Positions 36,054-49,211 of a stretch of 64,000 nt of DNA are shown one piece after another. The translations under genes and the position numbers were made by a program. How positions within the stretch are numbered: the first letter of the stretch is position 1; the number at the start of each line of letters is the position of its first letter. The notes under the pieces are model-generated. The model had not been told where the DNA came from. It saw only the letters and a program-made list of their open reading frames with translations, and searched no databases. Location: NCBI GenBank assembly GCA_965113315.1, contig OZ220372.1; one strand, written 5' to 3'. The DNA comes from Podarcis vaucheri. Lineage: Eukaryota.

Positions 36054-38130
36054 TTGTTAGGGATACTGAGAGTTATTTGGAAACCTCTCACCCAAGATAT
36101 GATTCCCGGAGTGGTTGAACAATCCATTCTTCCTTCCAAGGAACTCTGGGAATTGTAGCTCTGTTTGAGAAAGAGGAGTTTCCTAACAAACTGCAGCTCC
36201 CAGAATTATCTGGGGGAAGCCATGACTGTTTTGAGTGGCTTCTTAGAGCTTTAACTATATGGTGTGAATGTGACCACAGAAACATAACATTGTAGAGTTG
36301 GAAGAGACCCCAAGGGCCACCTAGCTTAACTTCCTGCAGCACAAGAGTTACAGCTGAAAAATCCCTGACAGATGGTACATTTACATGGTGTGAATGTGGC
36401 CTATGTTAAAACTAAATAAAACATTAGTTGTTGGCTGACAGCAGTTTCCAGCTTTCTTCACTAATGGCACAATGAACAGCATAAGAAAGAATCAAAATAT
36501 TTTTATCATGGTATCAGCTGGCTCCAACTTACTGCACAAAGCACTGAATCAAATTGCTCAGTTGGCAGGAGAATCATTGTGTTTCTATTCCCCCTCAGCA
36601 ATCACACTGGTCTGCTATCAGGTCACCTGGACCCAGCAGGCAATTTTGACACTGTTTTGTTTCCCAAGGCTCTTAGCGAATCATTGCAATAAAGTTGTAG
36701 CCTTTTAACCCAGCAGAAGCTTTGTTATTTTTCTTGTAGTGTGCACCCTGTAGCAGACAAGCATACCATGAAAACTACAATAATATGGAACAGCCCAGTT
36801 CACACCAGTGCTAACCTGGGGGGGATTTTATACAAACTCTCAAAACACACCCCTTTTCAAGAGGAAGCAGCCGATACTGGTAAGTGCTTAAGTTAAAGAA
36901 ATATGTATTCAAAAAAGGAAGAGAAAGGTGTGTGAAAAGCAGAGCACATGGTGTTGTAAACGCCAGGCCACTTTAATTTTTTTTAAAATTGCAGGAAATG
37001 ATTCATAAGCGAAGTATGTGTACAGTAAATGCTTTGAGTACAAAAAGTCCTAATAACTGAGTGAAAGCAAAGGAAGTGTAGTAATATAAGAATTCAATTA
37101 TGTAATGCTTCCTCCCTTTTTTTACTATACACACAGGGTTGTTTTTTCTAGTACGTCAAAGACGGACCAAGCTACACCTTGCCAGACACAAAAATACAAT
37201 ATTGCCTCAACTTTACAATACTTCCTTAGGGAAAAGTATGTTTTTGGAAAGGTGTTGAACAACTCTATAAAACAAATGAAAGTAAATAAATACATGTATT
37301 TGATTGTAAGATTTTTGCATATTGTAGAGTGTGTGTTTTTATGTCTAGGCAATTTATAATTGGATGGCATTATGTCTTGTGGTAAATATATTTGAAAAAA
37401 GCAAACCTGTTTAGGATTTTATTTTGCCTACTGTCAAAGTGGGCTCCCTAACATAGCAAAGAATTGGGTGCTCTGTGCAGTATTCTTAATCTCATCGAAC
37501 CCTGACCTTATATTCCGCACAAACACAAGTTGGCAGAGTCTTTGCCATTGTATAAATTTTGAAGATCAAAGTGTCTCTGAAGTGTAATCTGGAGATATGT
37601 ACAAAAAACCAAAACAAAACCGCAAAACAAAATAAAACAGCTCTAGATCACACCAGAAGGCAGAGTTACACATGCCTAGTCTCATTAAGCCAGGCTGGTT
37701 AAAGATGCATGAATGGATGAAGGAATGAGAGCATAAGGCTGCAATGTGATACCTGCACATAACTTCTGTTGATTTCCATGGGATTTAAGCATGCCTGTTT
37801 CTGGGATAGTAGCCAATACCTATAAGGTTTACTCACAAACCAAGATTTGCGACATTCTGCTCTTCACATCGCTTTTACAATCTAACAGACCCCCACTGGG
37901 ACGATTATAGACCATTTTAGTTGCAGTTTTACATGATATCATTGTAGCGAAATGAATTGGAAAGGATTGGTATTTTCTAGTACGCAGTAGGTGAATACGG
38001 TATTTAGCTTAGTGAACATTGCAACAGTGTATTATTGGAAGAGAAGCTAGGGTTATAGCCTATGTCCCAGGAGTGGAGAATCTGAGGCTTTCCTGGACTG
38101 CAATCTCCATCAGCCCCAGTCAGCACGGCC

Positions 38131-38588
38131 GGTGCCAGATTTACGTATAAGCTAAACAAGCTATAGCTTAGGGCCCCAGTCTCTTGGGGGTCCCCAAAAA
38201 ATTTAAAGGGAAAAAAAACCTGGATGTACGTTTCCAAAATATAAGATAAAAAACAAATAGAATAAAACCTACATAACAGCAACAGTGTTTTGTGTTGTGT
38301 AGGCTCCTATGATGTAAGCAATGTGCCCTGCCTGCTAGCCTGCTCCCTAAAATATCACTGGTTTGCTCATTTCTATATATAGGGTGCCTACATTCTGCAT
38401 GAACCGGTTGCATGGCAACATGTGCAAATGGCTTTAGATACCTATTAGGTCCATAAATTACCATATAGCATATATTCAACACAAAAAACAGCGACAATTT
38501 GTTGTTGACAAAGGACAGCTGGACATATAAAGGGCTCCATTACCTTCAGTAGCTTAGGGCCTCATCAAACCTAAATGTGGCCCCAGGC
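38131..38588. mobile_element. hAT-type non-autonomous DNA transposon nested in an older MITE
   Basis: Degenerate GCCAGATTTA.../TAAATGTGGCCCC termini, internal AGCTTAGGGCC repeats, 8-bp TSD GCACGGCC/GCACAGCC. Confidence 0.65.
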
Positions 38589-39316
38589 ACAGCCAATGAT
38601 GAGCAGTGATGGGAGCTGTGGTCCAGCAACATTTGGATGGCCACAGGTTTCCTGTCTCTGTAACAGGAACAACAATAACAATAACAAGCCCATTATCCAA
38701 GTGCAGATTCTTACGTAGCCATAATTGTACCATCCAAGCAGAAGAGGGAAGTATCAGTGGGCTTGGGGAATCCCCAACATTTACAGAAGTACACTTTAAA
38801 AGAAATAAAGAAAAGAAAACACTAAAATAGATGTATGAGAACTGACCTTGTTTGATGGACATAGAATGTAGACTGATAGGGCAAGGGACCCAGCCTGAAA
38901 ACCAGGGGGACAATGGAATGGAATATCCTGGGAAAGGGTATGGCTGGCTAGAACTCATAACAGCAGCACTCTGCATCCTCCCAGCTGAGATCAGACAGGC
39001 CTCCTCCAGCACTTAGGGAAGGAATACCTTTTTATTTTAGCAAGCATTTTAGGAAGATTCCTTATTTCATGGTTGGTTTTCACTGATGTTTTGTCTTTTA
39101 AATCTGACTGTGCACTGCTTAGAGACTCCAGTGTTAAGTTGGTTGATGTGAACGATTGAAAAGAGTTGATCAGAAGTTTATTATGAAAGGCTAGTCAAAA
39201 GTACCAGCACTTTTACTGTTCTTTGTGATGTGGATTCTTTTTGTGTGTGTAAGTAGCTTCACATGCTGTGTAGACACGGTATTCATTTCTCATCTAGCTT
39301 TTTTATTATCTTACTA

Positions 39317-39559
39317 CAGTGGTACCTCGGGTTACATACACTTCAGGTTACGGTACATACGCTTCAGGTTACAGACTCCGCTAACCCAGAAATAGTGCTT
39401 CAGGTTAATAACTTTGCTTCAGGATGAGAACAGAAATCGTGCTCCGGCGGCGTGCAGCAGGAGGCCCCATTAGCTAAAGTGGTGCTTCAGGTTAAGAACA
39501 GTTTCAGGTTAAGTACGGGCCTCCGGAATGAATTAAGTGCTTAACCTGAGGTACCACTG
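39317..39559. mobile_element. Tc1/mariner-pogo-type MITE
   Basis: TIR CAGTGGTACCTC(G/A)GGTTA; TA target duplication; internal CTTCAGGTTA repeats. Confidence 0.9.
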
Positions 39560-40707
39560 TAGTGCCCACAGTCAGTACAGCGCGCACACACACACCTCCA
39601 ATGTTTGCTCATTTTGTTCATTTCACCATTAGGAATTATGGAGCAAGTTGCTAGCATGGTTATGATGCAACAGAGAAAGCAGTGGATGCAACCTCTGAGC
39701 ATTTGGAGGAGGGGAAGTCTTTACTCAAATACAAACAAAGGGATGGGGAGGCATAAAGAGGTGAATGACAAACAGGGAGTCTCTGATCCATGCAAGTGAA
39801 AGGACAGAATGGACAAATGGGTCAGTTTCCAAAGGCACAACCCATGTTTACTTTTCTATGACAGCGTGAGATAAGTGACAGGTCAACAAAAAAGCTATAT
39901 CCATGCTGTGGAACCAGTTTTCCTTAAAGCAGGTTGAGGCCATTTAACTAGTATGCAGACATGTCCTTAGATTAAATACTACTGGGAATGCAAATCATTT
40001 TGACTTGGCATCACAGAGCATTGCTCCTATGTCAGTTGTGATTGTGAAAAGTTGGTCAGAAGACCTGCTCAAAAGTACTTTTACTGTTCTTTGTTATGTG
40101 TGTATGTAGACCTTGGGCTTATGGCTATTGTGTGAATGAGAAGCATCTCATGGAATATGTTGTCATAATTAATCATCAAACTTTATTGTGGTCGCAGACC
40201 AGCATAAGATAAAAATATGCCAAAAAAAAAAAAGCTCAAAAGACTTAAAGAAGAAAGGGATAAAAGCTAATATGTAAAAGTGATTAAAACTCACATATAC
40301 TTAAAACAGAAAGAAACAAAAGACAAACAAAAGTGAGTATAAGGGAGGGAATCTAGTGACTGAGTATTTGACATCTGGGTTTTGTTGTCACGATTAATGC
40401 CCATATAACCCCGTTATTTAACTTATGTACAACAGCATCTAAGTGAGAAATAGAAGTACATTTCCTGCAAAGGACCTGAGATTGTCACTTCCCAATGTTC
40501 TGACAGTGAAACTTTCCCTTTTTTGTTTCTGAAGAGAGGAGCTTTTGAAATCATGACTATTCTTATGGCAGCAACACGATAGAAGTCTTCCAATAGTAAA
40601 GGGAAACATTAGAAGGGCAGCATGTTGGTCTGGAAGGAATGTAAACAAATGTCTTTTATTTAGAGTTCCGAACCTCATCTGAGAAGCCACATTTACACAT
40701 CACTTAA

Positions 40708-40711
<4 letters not shown>

Positions 40712-40746
<35 letters not shown>
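40712..40746. repeat. (GA)n microsatellite
   Basis: Directly visible. Confidence 0.9.
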
Positions 40747-40749
<3 letters not shown>

Positions 40750-41127
40750 GTAGGGCTTGTTTTCTTAGAGCATCCAATTTGTTCGCATAACTGATTGAAT
40801 GTTCAGTAAAAAGAAACAAAGTCTGAAAGTTAATACCCTAGGCGCCAAGAGCACGTCTGTGGAAGAGGAATGTAGCCAGACATTTCTGATATGCAATGCA
40901 TTAATCCCTCATAGGTTTATTCTCTTTTATAAAGAGCTAGATCATTATGATGCGACAGGAATCAATGGACTTTTAACATGCATGCATTAGCTGTCCACGC
41001 TTCTGCCCTTTGTACAGAAAACACTTGCTACCACGAGCTAGTTGACAACAGCTTGAAAACAATTCCTGAATCATTTTGTGAGCAGATCCTATTGGAGAGG
41101 GGCTAGGGAGGTGAGGAAGGTTGAGAA

Positions 41128-41475
41128 GTGTGGGTGGCGCTGTGGGTTAAACCACAGAGCCTAGGACTTGCCAATCAGAAGGTCAGCGGTTCGAATCCCC
41201 GTGATGGGGTGAGCTCCCACTGCTCAGTCCCAGCTCCTGCCAACCTAGCAGTTCAAAAGCATTTCAAAGTGCAAGTAGATAAATAGGTACCGCTCCAGCG
41301 GGAGGGTAAACGGCATTTCTGTGTGCTGCTCTGGTTTGCCAGAAGGGGCTTAGTCATGTTGGCCACATGACCTGGAAGCTGTACGCCAGCTCCCTTGGCC
41401 AATAAAGCGAGATGAGCGCTGCAACCCCAGAGTCGGCCACGACTGGACCTAATGGTCAGGGGTCCCTTTACTTTT
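41128..41475 (+). mobile_element. Sauria SINE
   Basis: GGGTGGCGCTGTGGGTTAAACCACAGAGCC...GACTGGACCTAATGGTCAGGGGTCCCTTTAC. Confidence 0.92.
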
Positions 41476-41777
41476 AGGATCTGCAACAGGGCAGGGCTAC
41501 CTTTTTATTTTCTGCTCAGGGATGCTTGGAGGGTAGTACGTCAGGGGCTGCATATTGACAGAGGACAGGGCTGGAGTCCAAATGAGTGATACCACCTCCT
41601 TTATACTCTTTCCAGCACCTCCATTTACCTCTCCTTGCCAGCTGCATGCAAGTAGAGGAAGAGGCACACAAATTTAGGCCTAGGTTTGCTCTCTCCTAGT
41701 CCCCACAGAGTGGCTACCTGTGCACAGGGTTGTAAGACTGGATGGTGTATGAGCTTCCTTGCATACTTCTGAAAGTA

Positions 41778-42019
41778 CAGTGGTACCTCAGGTTACATAC
41801 ACTTCAGGTTACATACGCTTCAGGTTACAGACTCCGCTAACTCAGAAATCATGCTTCAGGTTAAGAACTTTGCTTCAGGATGAGAACAGAAATCGTGCTC
41901 TGGCGGTGTGGCAGCAGCAGTAGGCCCCATTAGCTAAAGTGGTGCTTCAGGTTAAGAACAGTTTCAGGTTAAGAACAGACCTCCAGAACGAATTAAGTAC
42001 TTAACCCGAGGTACCACTG
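41778..42019. mobile_element. Tc1/mariner-pogo-type MITE (second copy of the 39317 family)
   Basis: Same TIRs, TA TSD and near-identical body. Confidence 0.9.
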
Positions 42020-43203
42020 TAGTCAGAACTTTGCAGGATCAGAAAAGTGAAGAGACATGCATGCCTTGCACAGTTCCCCACTTTTAAAGTCTAGGGCGTA
42101 CATTGATTTTGCTGAGGGGCTATTTGTTTTTAAGGGTTCATACACAGGTTGTAGGGCAATATAATGGCAGCCATCACTAAAGCAGGAACAATGCCCGACA
42201 GAATGGTCCTTTCTCCAACTGAGCTCATTCGTCAGACTGAATAATGCGAGCAAAGGAATTTACACAGTAACTCAGCTTGGCTGTATTTTTCTTCTACTTG
42301 TGCGAGAGAACATCTAGGCTGATTACACATCAGGGTGTGTACTAAAACACAGATGGGGCTGTTGGTGCTTTGCGTTATACCGGAGGAAGTGTGCCCGTAG
42401 GTGTGCTGGGGCCATTGTAGCAGTGCTGGAAAACTCATTTATGACAGTCCACACAGGTTACGCTTTTGGAAATGGACCTGCCTGCCTATTATGTCCTTTA
42501 AATTGGAAGCAGCTGGAGTAGACCAGACAGAGGCTGGAGAAAACTGTGAGCAGAGATGTGGTCTTTTCCCATCCTTGCCCCACCCCCTGGAAACTCACCA
42601 AACTTGCACTTGGACAGTGATGGACTTTGGGCTCTCAAATTTTAGTGGTGCCTTGTGCAACACTAAAATTCTGCACCCTCACCTCTCACGCTCCATCCCT
42701 GCAGTGTGGCCAAACTGGTCATGCTCCCCTAAAACCACCTCTGACTATTCTCTGACTATGGCTATTCTCTTATTATAATCACCCACTTGAAGCACTTGTC
42801 AGCCATGGAAGGACAAACACATATGGCTAATAGCAACAACCTAAAACAGACCAGCTCATAGTTCGCATTGTCAGTGCCAGACTTTAGCACAGAGGTGTCT
42901 GGATTTATTGTTTTACCGCTTTTTGAAGGAATGCATTCCTAGGAAATCCAAATATTGTACGGACTTAGTTTTATTGGTTTTGCTTTCAGCACAGTTTCAG
43001 GCATTGCTTGGTTAGGCTGAGGAGCTTATGTCTGATGCAACACTTCAGCGGCATTTCAGCAGAGCAGTAAGCATTTTTAGGCCAGTTGGTTTCATTCAAC
43101 TTACGGTACATATTCTTTCACCTGTGGGTTTTGGCCTATATTAGTTGAGTATTGCAACAAGAACTTCAGGAACTCATATCCCTGTTTGATAGCCATGGCT
43201 CCT

Positions 43204-43239
<36 letters not shown>

Positions 43240-43241
<2 letters not shown>

Positions 43242-43412
43242 TTTCGTAGATTTTCACGGGTATAGGAATGCAGGTTTTGGTGTCTTCGGGTGTCTTCCCG
43301 TGTAAGAGTCGGGGTGTCTGTGCGACGAGAGGATCTCTGAGACCTCGTCGAAACGTCGCACAGACACCCCGACTCTTACACGGGAAGACACCCGAAGACA
43401 CCAAAACCTGCA
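43240..43412. mobile_element. Penelope-like element terminal fragment in inverted-repeat form, within (TA)n
   Basis: 60-bp perfect inverted arms (43268-43327 and 43354-43413); same sequence as the 48700-50004 elements; (TA)n on both sides. Confidence 0.8.
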
Positions 43413-46400
43413 TATATATATATATATATATATATCCCCTCTAACTAGTTTACTAAGGGTGCTGGGAATTGTAGCTCAGTGAGAGATCCTCTCAGCATCC
43501 TTAACAAACTACATTTTTCAGAATTCTTTGGGGTGAAGCCATGGCTATTAAAGCAGCATGGTACTGCTTAGTAGCTGTCTTTTATCAGCAAGACCCATCT
43601 TGACTTGATTAGATATCTAAGAACCACTAAAATGTAATAAGGAAATTCAACTCTTTAACAAAATTGCTGCAGCTATAAACTTATTGCCTCCCAGAATGAA
43701 CATTATTTTTCTCTGGGGAGTGACAGAACCTCACCCCTCAAGAGAGCCACCAATCAACTGTGGGATGTTGCAGGGTTTTTCCTTTGATAAATGCACATCA
43801 TGAAACAGTGAGGCCCAGGGTGTTGGCTCTCAAGGTTCAGAGAAGTGTTTGAACTTTTTATTTACCCACCTGCACATTTAAAAGTGAAAGGTCAAATCTT
43901 TGCTGGTATTTTTTTAAAAAACAAAAATGCACAAAAATGAATCCTGCTTCATGGCAGCGCATTGGTTTAAATGGCATTTTGAAACTCTTCCCATCTCCTT
44001 TGTGTCTAAAATTGTAGAAAACCATTCTGATAGGTCCCCCCCCCATTTTACCTGTGATGATAAAAATCTGATGATAAAATCACCTCACTCCGATTCATGG
44101 TCCTGGAATTCCACGAAATGGATTGCACAGCCTTCATTTCTTCTGAATCACAGACACATGTCGAGTCATGAAATGGCAGGACTTTGGGAGCAGACAGGTT
44201 TAGAAATAAGTCATGTCTGGACAGAGATACCTCTGAAATATTCTCCTCAATTTCTTTTTTGACTTCGGTGAGAAATCTCACAGCCACAACATTCTTCACT
44301 TGCAGCAAAGTTGTGCAACTCCCATGGGATCTGTCCTTCATGCCCTGACAAGGACCAACTGCGTATTCTTTGGAGAAGACCCCCAGGAATTGGTTTCCCC
44401 TGGGACAGTATGTCCTGGGGAAAACCATATAATTAATTGGGTGATTTGGATTGGCAGTGGAAAACGGTCCATTTGGGGGAATGGAAGATAGGGATTTTCT
44501 TGGTCAGATCTTCCAGTTAAACTAACAGTAAAAGGGAATAGCTTTATTTATTTTGAAGTGATGTAAATTGGACTCCCAGTAAGTCCCTTCAGTTGCCTGC
44601 GTCCCAGAAATGCACAACATTTCCTGTGCCTCCCCCCACCCCGCCACTCCTTATATCAGGTGACTAATTCTGGAACATTGCTAAATGAACTACACCAGGT
44701 ACCGGGTATATATTTCTGTTTACTATTTGCAATAAAAGTCTCAGAGGATTCTCTCTCTCTCTTTGAAAACAAAAACGAAAAACCCATCATACTGGAAGTA
44801 CATGTGAATCAGCCCACAGAAATAGATTGCCGTTGTGCATTGATGGACTCTGAGGGTTGATTTGAATTTATGATTGGGGCTACCAGTGTAAACATGAGCA
44901 AATAGTTCAATATTAAGGGCACAAACACTTTAACGATTATATTTAGTAGCCCCTGTTTTCAGAGAGGGGCCATAGATATGTTAGAGTTCATCTTTTGTCT
45001 GCAGAAGATTCAGCACCTGCCATATCCTGTTAAACATAACTCTGAGAGCAGGTATGGCTGAATCTGTCGATTCTGATTTCTCTCTCTCTCTCATTTTTCT
45101 ATTCTTAAATTCAGTTGTTCACATTTCCATATCAGTTCATTAATCCCCCTTTCACTAGCATTTCAGTGAAAATTTCTCCAAAATTATACATGTTTATATG
45201 CAATTTTGCTTAATATATAGGGGTTGGGTTTTTTTTGCAAAGTAATTTCATCTAATATAATGCATTTTTGTTTTCAGTATTATATGCATTTTTAAGCACA
45301 CTTTACTCCAGTATATGAGTTTTGGAACACATTACTTGGCTGGAGAAGTGCACTTCAAAATTCGGAGAAGTGCAAATTTTGAAGGTGGCTGTGTTTCAGT
45401 TTTCAGGTTGTGTTGGAAAGTGCGATTGAGGCCGATTTGCCTTTGGATGCAAATCCCTCTCCTGATCTGACATCCTGGAGAGTTGCAGCTTGGCAGAGGA
45501 GACAGTACAAAGCAAGATGAACAAAAAAAAAAGTCTGACGTGGTAGGCGGCAGCTTCTTAAGTTCTTGGCATATCAACAAGTTCACACAACCACTTTTTA
45601 GCACCTGTGTGTGGGACGTATGTAAGGTTTAAGCAGTTTACCAAGCACTTTCTTGCACTCCAAAACATTGCACCATGCTGCAGTCAAGTGACTAAATTAT
45701 GACAACAATCCGCACAATCAGAGATCAACATCTGAAGGGTGGAGGCTCATTATGAATGAGCAGGTTCTCCACTACTCGCAGGGAAACAATTCTCTGCTAT
45801 TGTGCCTTTTGTGCCATTGTGCTCTTAACACTTAGCTCTTTGTTAATTGTTGCACACGAAAGGAAGCCTTGGAGTAGGTTTGAGTAGTTGCATAAGAGAA
45901 GCGAAAGTTGTTTAATAGGCTAGTAAGAGGGTGCAGAGACCTTTCATCCGGATTGTATTTTGCAAGAGTCTGGGTGATGAAACCGTATAGACGCAAGTGA
46001 ACCTGGAAAATGAGAACTCTGTTAATGATTTATGAATGAAGCATACGTTGTACTACCTTGGGAGTATTTGCAAAACGGTTACAGTCCACAAAGCTAGAAA
46101 GGAATGTTTGTTTTATTTACTCATTGAAAACCAGTGTTTAATTTCTAAGACGAGAGATGTTGGGGCTCAAGCACAACTAGAAATAAATGGTGTCTACCTA
46201 CTTAACTGCAAATTACAGGGGCTGGTTGCAGCTGCTTGATGGCAAGACACTTTGCATATGCTCAAAATCACACCTATTGCATAGATACCAGGACTCAGTC
46301 GTAGAATTGTTAACTCACAAGTCTTTGGGTTCAGCTTAAGACTTGATTCAAGACAGTTGTTTTCAGTTAGATATTATCTTGATTTTTAGTTTAGGATTCA

Positions 46401-46696
46401 TTCAGTGTAACTAAGCGAACATATTTAGTTTTCCTATTAGGCTCTGTCTGCACAGGACTCTGTCTTTGTAAAAAATGCCAGTGTACTTATTGAGGAATGT
46501 AAAACCATGAAGTTCACTAGAGCATGGGATAGTCATTGTTTGTTGTTGTTGTTGTGAGGCTACAATCAGGAGGGGGAGGAACCATCTATGCCACCTTGAG
46601 TTCCTTGAAGGAAAGGCAGGGTATAAATGCAATAGTAAGGTGTGTGTGTGTGTATCCTTTGATATATCCCTAATTTCCCCCCTATATTTAAATGGC

Positions 46697-46786
46697 TGTT
46701 GTTGTTGTTGTTTAGTCGTTTAGTCGCGTCCGACTCTTCGTGACCCCATGGACCAGGACCAGAGCTTGCCAGGCACTCCTGTCTTC
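46697..46786 (-). mobile_element. Very short BovB 3' end
   Basis: (GTT)n-TAGTCGTTTAGTCGCGTCCGACTCTTCGTGACCCCATGGAC. Confidence 0.85.
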
Positions 46787-47035
46787 AGGAGTGATTTAAA
46801 TGATTACTTAGGTTTTTTTCTTTGGAAATGATCTGCTAAAGGAAGAAATCCTTGGCAGCCTTACTCTGGAGTAAGTTCCACTGAGTTGAATAGAGCTTAC
46901 GTCTGAGTAAATGTGCTTTGAAGTTGCAGGCAGCTTCAGTATTTTTCGTGACAAGAATGATTAGGAAATGGAAAGTATGTAAATATAGGACTTTTTATGA
47001 GCATGGTTTAAAAAGCACAGTTCAATCTTGCAACA

Positions 47036-47650
47036 ACAACAACATTATTTGTACCTCGCCCATCTGACTGGGTTGCCCCAGCCACTCTGGGCGGCTTCCA
47101 ACAAATATAAAATCATAAGCAAACATTAAAAACTTCCCCATACAGTGCTGCCTTCAGATGTCTTCTAAAAGTTGTCTTCTAAAAGTTGTCTTCTAAAAGT
47201 TGTCTAGTTACAGGAGGGCATTCCACAGGGGGTGTACCACTGCTGAGAAGGCCCTGTAACCACACTTAGCACAATGAGGGAACCGCCAGAAGGCCCTCGG
47301 AGCTAGACCTCAGTGCCTGGGCTGAACAATGGGGCTGGAGACACTCCTTCAGGTATACCGGGCCACAGGAGTGCCAGCTTGGCTCTGTGACTATGGGTGC
47401 CCAGCGCTGTGGGTGACATGCAGCGTGCATGGCCTTGGTGCTGAAAAATATTGGTGCCTGGCCTCTTCATGGGGAATTTTGTGGGTGCTCAGGCACCTGG
47501 GCCCCCAGGGAGCTGACACCTATGCCAGGCCAAGGCTGTTTAGGGAGGTCAGCACCAACAATTTGAACTGTGCTCGGAAATGTACTGGGAGCCAATGCAG
47601 ATCCTTTAGGACCACTCCCAGTCACCAGTCTAGCTGCCGCACTGTGGATT
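47036..47650 (-). mobile_element. L2-clade LINE 3' fragment with nested hAT-like MITE (47366-47524) and a 14-bp triplication
   Basis: L2 3' end motif; GTCTTCTAAAAGTT x3 at ~47160-47201; MITE flanked by CC(G/A)GGCCA. Confidence 0.75.
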
Positions 47651-48651
47651 AGTTATAGCAATTATTTTATCCTTGACTCTCATCAGTATTGAATTTGTCT
47701 GTATCATACCCTAAAGACAAAGCTTGTGATGACCTTGGCTCTGAAGACTTTGATGCTTGTTTCTCCTATGTAAGTGGAACTTCCTGACCTTGGCCGTGAC
47801 CCAAAAAGCCTCTCCATGCCTTGTTTCCTCCTCAGACTCCTTTGTTCACTCCCTAATTCTGCACAAGCTTATCCATTGTTGCCTTTGTTTGCTTCCTTTC
47901 CCCACTCTTGCATCTGTGCTTTCTGCCATGCAGCACACTCCTGTGTGGGGCCCTGCTGGGCTGACACAGCCTACCACCAATGCAAGCGCAGCCAGCCTAA
48001 GTCCCAGCAAACCCCGGGGATACCTGGGAACCATGAGATCACATGACCCAGTGGCCCTCCAGCAGCCACGGCTGTGCAGCTGATTGGAGCTGGGAGGTAG
48101 AACAGAGAAGCTGTCTGATGCCAAGTCAGACTAATACACAGCATTACATGGTGGAACAGGCCAATAGTCCATCTAGTCCGTGGTCCTGTTCTCCAAGCGA
48201 AATACATAAACCCATACAATGAAGGGGAATGGCCTCGTGCCATTTAAAAGATGGTGCAGGAGAGGGATGCCAGCAAACTCTCCCACCTCCTGACTGCGAT
48301 ATTTTCCATGGCTCCCCACTTTTCATTTTGAAATTCTAACTTGCCGCATGTCGAGAGGCAATTTACATTCTGTGAAGCCACCAAGAATAAATCCAAAAAC
48401 GCATTATAAACAAAAATGTTTTTTAAAAAATGCCCCATAATTTAATTGCAGCCTTTGAAATTGAACTTGGCAACTTACAGTGCTAATGGGGGAAAACCAA
48501 CAACAGGCTGGCTTAGGCTGTGGTGTGTCCCCAGGGAAATAAGAAAGCTTTGCTCAATTAATTGAATAACCTACATAACATTGTTCTGCATTGTATTGCT
48601 TGGGTTGATTGTTTTAATAATTGGTTGTTTTGGAGTGCTTGTATTATTGCA

Positions 48652-48702
<51 letters not shown>

Positions 48703-48753
48703 GGTTTTGGTGTCTTCGGGTGTCTTCCCGTGTAAGAGTCGGGGTGTCTGTGC

Positions 48754-48787
48754 GACGTTTCGACGAGGTCTCACTCGCCATCTTCAG
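48754..48787 (-). ncRNA. Minimal hammerhead ribozyme core (PLE type), antisense copy
   Basis: CUGAAGA-U-GGCGAG(UGAGAC)CUCGUC-GAAAC-GUC; the A>G change keeps stem II paired as G-U. Confidence 0.6.
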
Positions 48788-49177
48788 GCTGGTGCTTTCG
48801 GCTTCTTGTTACTGGAACAGAGCAGAGTCTGGTGTTTGAGTTCCTATAAATACTGTTGAGGGGTGTGGTGTATAGCCTCCAACGTTCTGGGCAGAGAGGA
48901 AGTTCCTAGATTAGTGTGCCTTTTCTTCTTTTGTTCCTTAATTACTTGAGGGATATCTTGGGTGATTTCATGAGTGAATTCAGAATATCACTCATGAAAT
49001 CACCCAAGATATCCCTCAAGTAATTAAGGAACAAAAGAAGAAAAGGCACACTAATCTAGGAACTTCCTCTCTGCCCAGAACGTTGGAGGCTATACACCAC
49101 ACCCCTCAACAGTATTTATAGGAACTCAAACACCAGACTCTGCTCTGTTCCAGTAACAAGAAGCCGAAAGCACCAGC

Positions 49178-49211
49178 CTGAAGATGACGAGTGAGACCTC
49201 GTCGAAACGTC
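49178..49211 (+). ncRNA. Minimal hammerhead ribozyme core (PLE type)
   Basis: CUGAAGA-U-GACGAG(UGAGAC)CUCGUC-GAAAC-GUC. Confidence 0.65.

Noticed and set aside
39317-39559. Regularly spaced CTTCAGGTTA repeats resembling a CRISPR array
   Set aside because: Internal subterminal repeats of a TA-flanked MITE in a vertebrate genome; no cas genes
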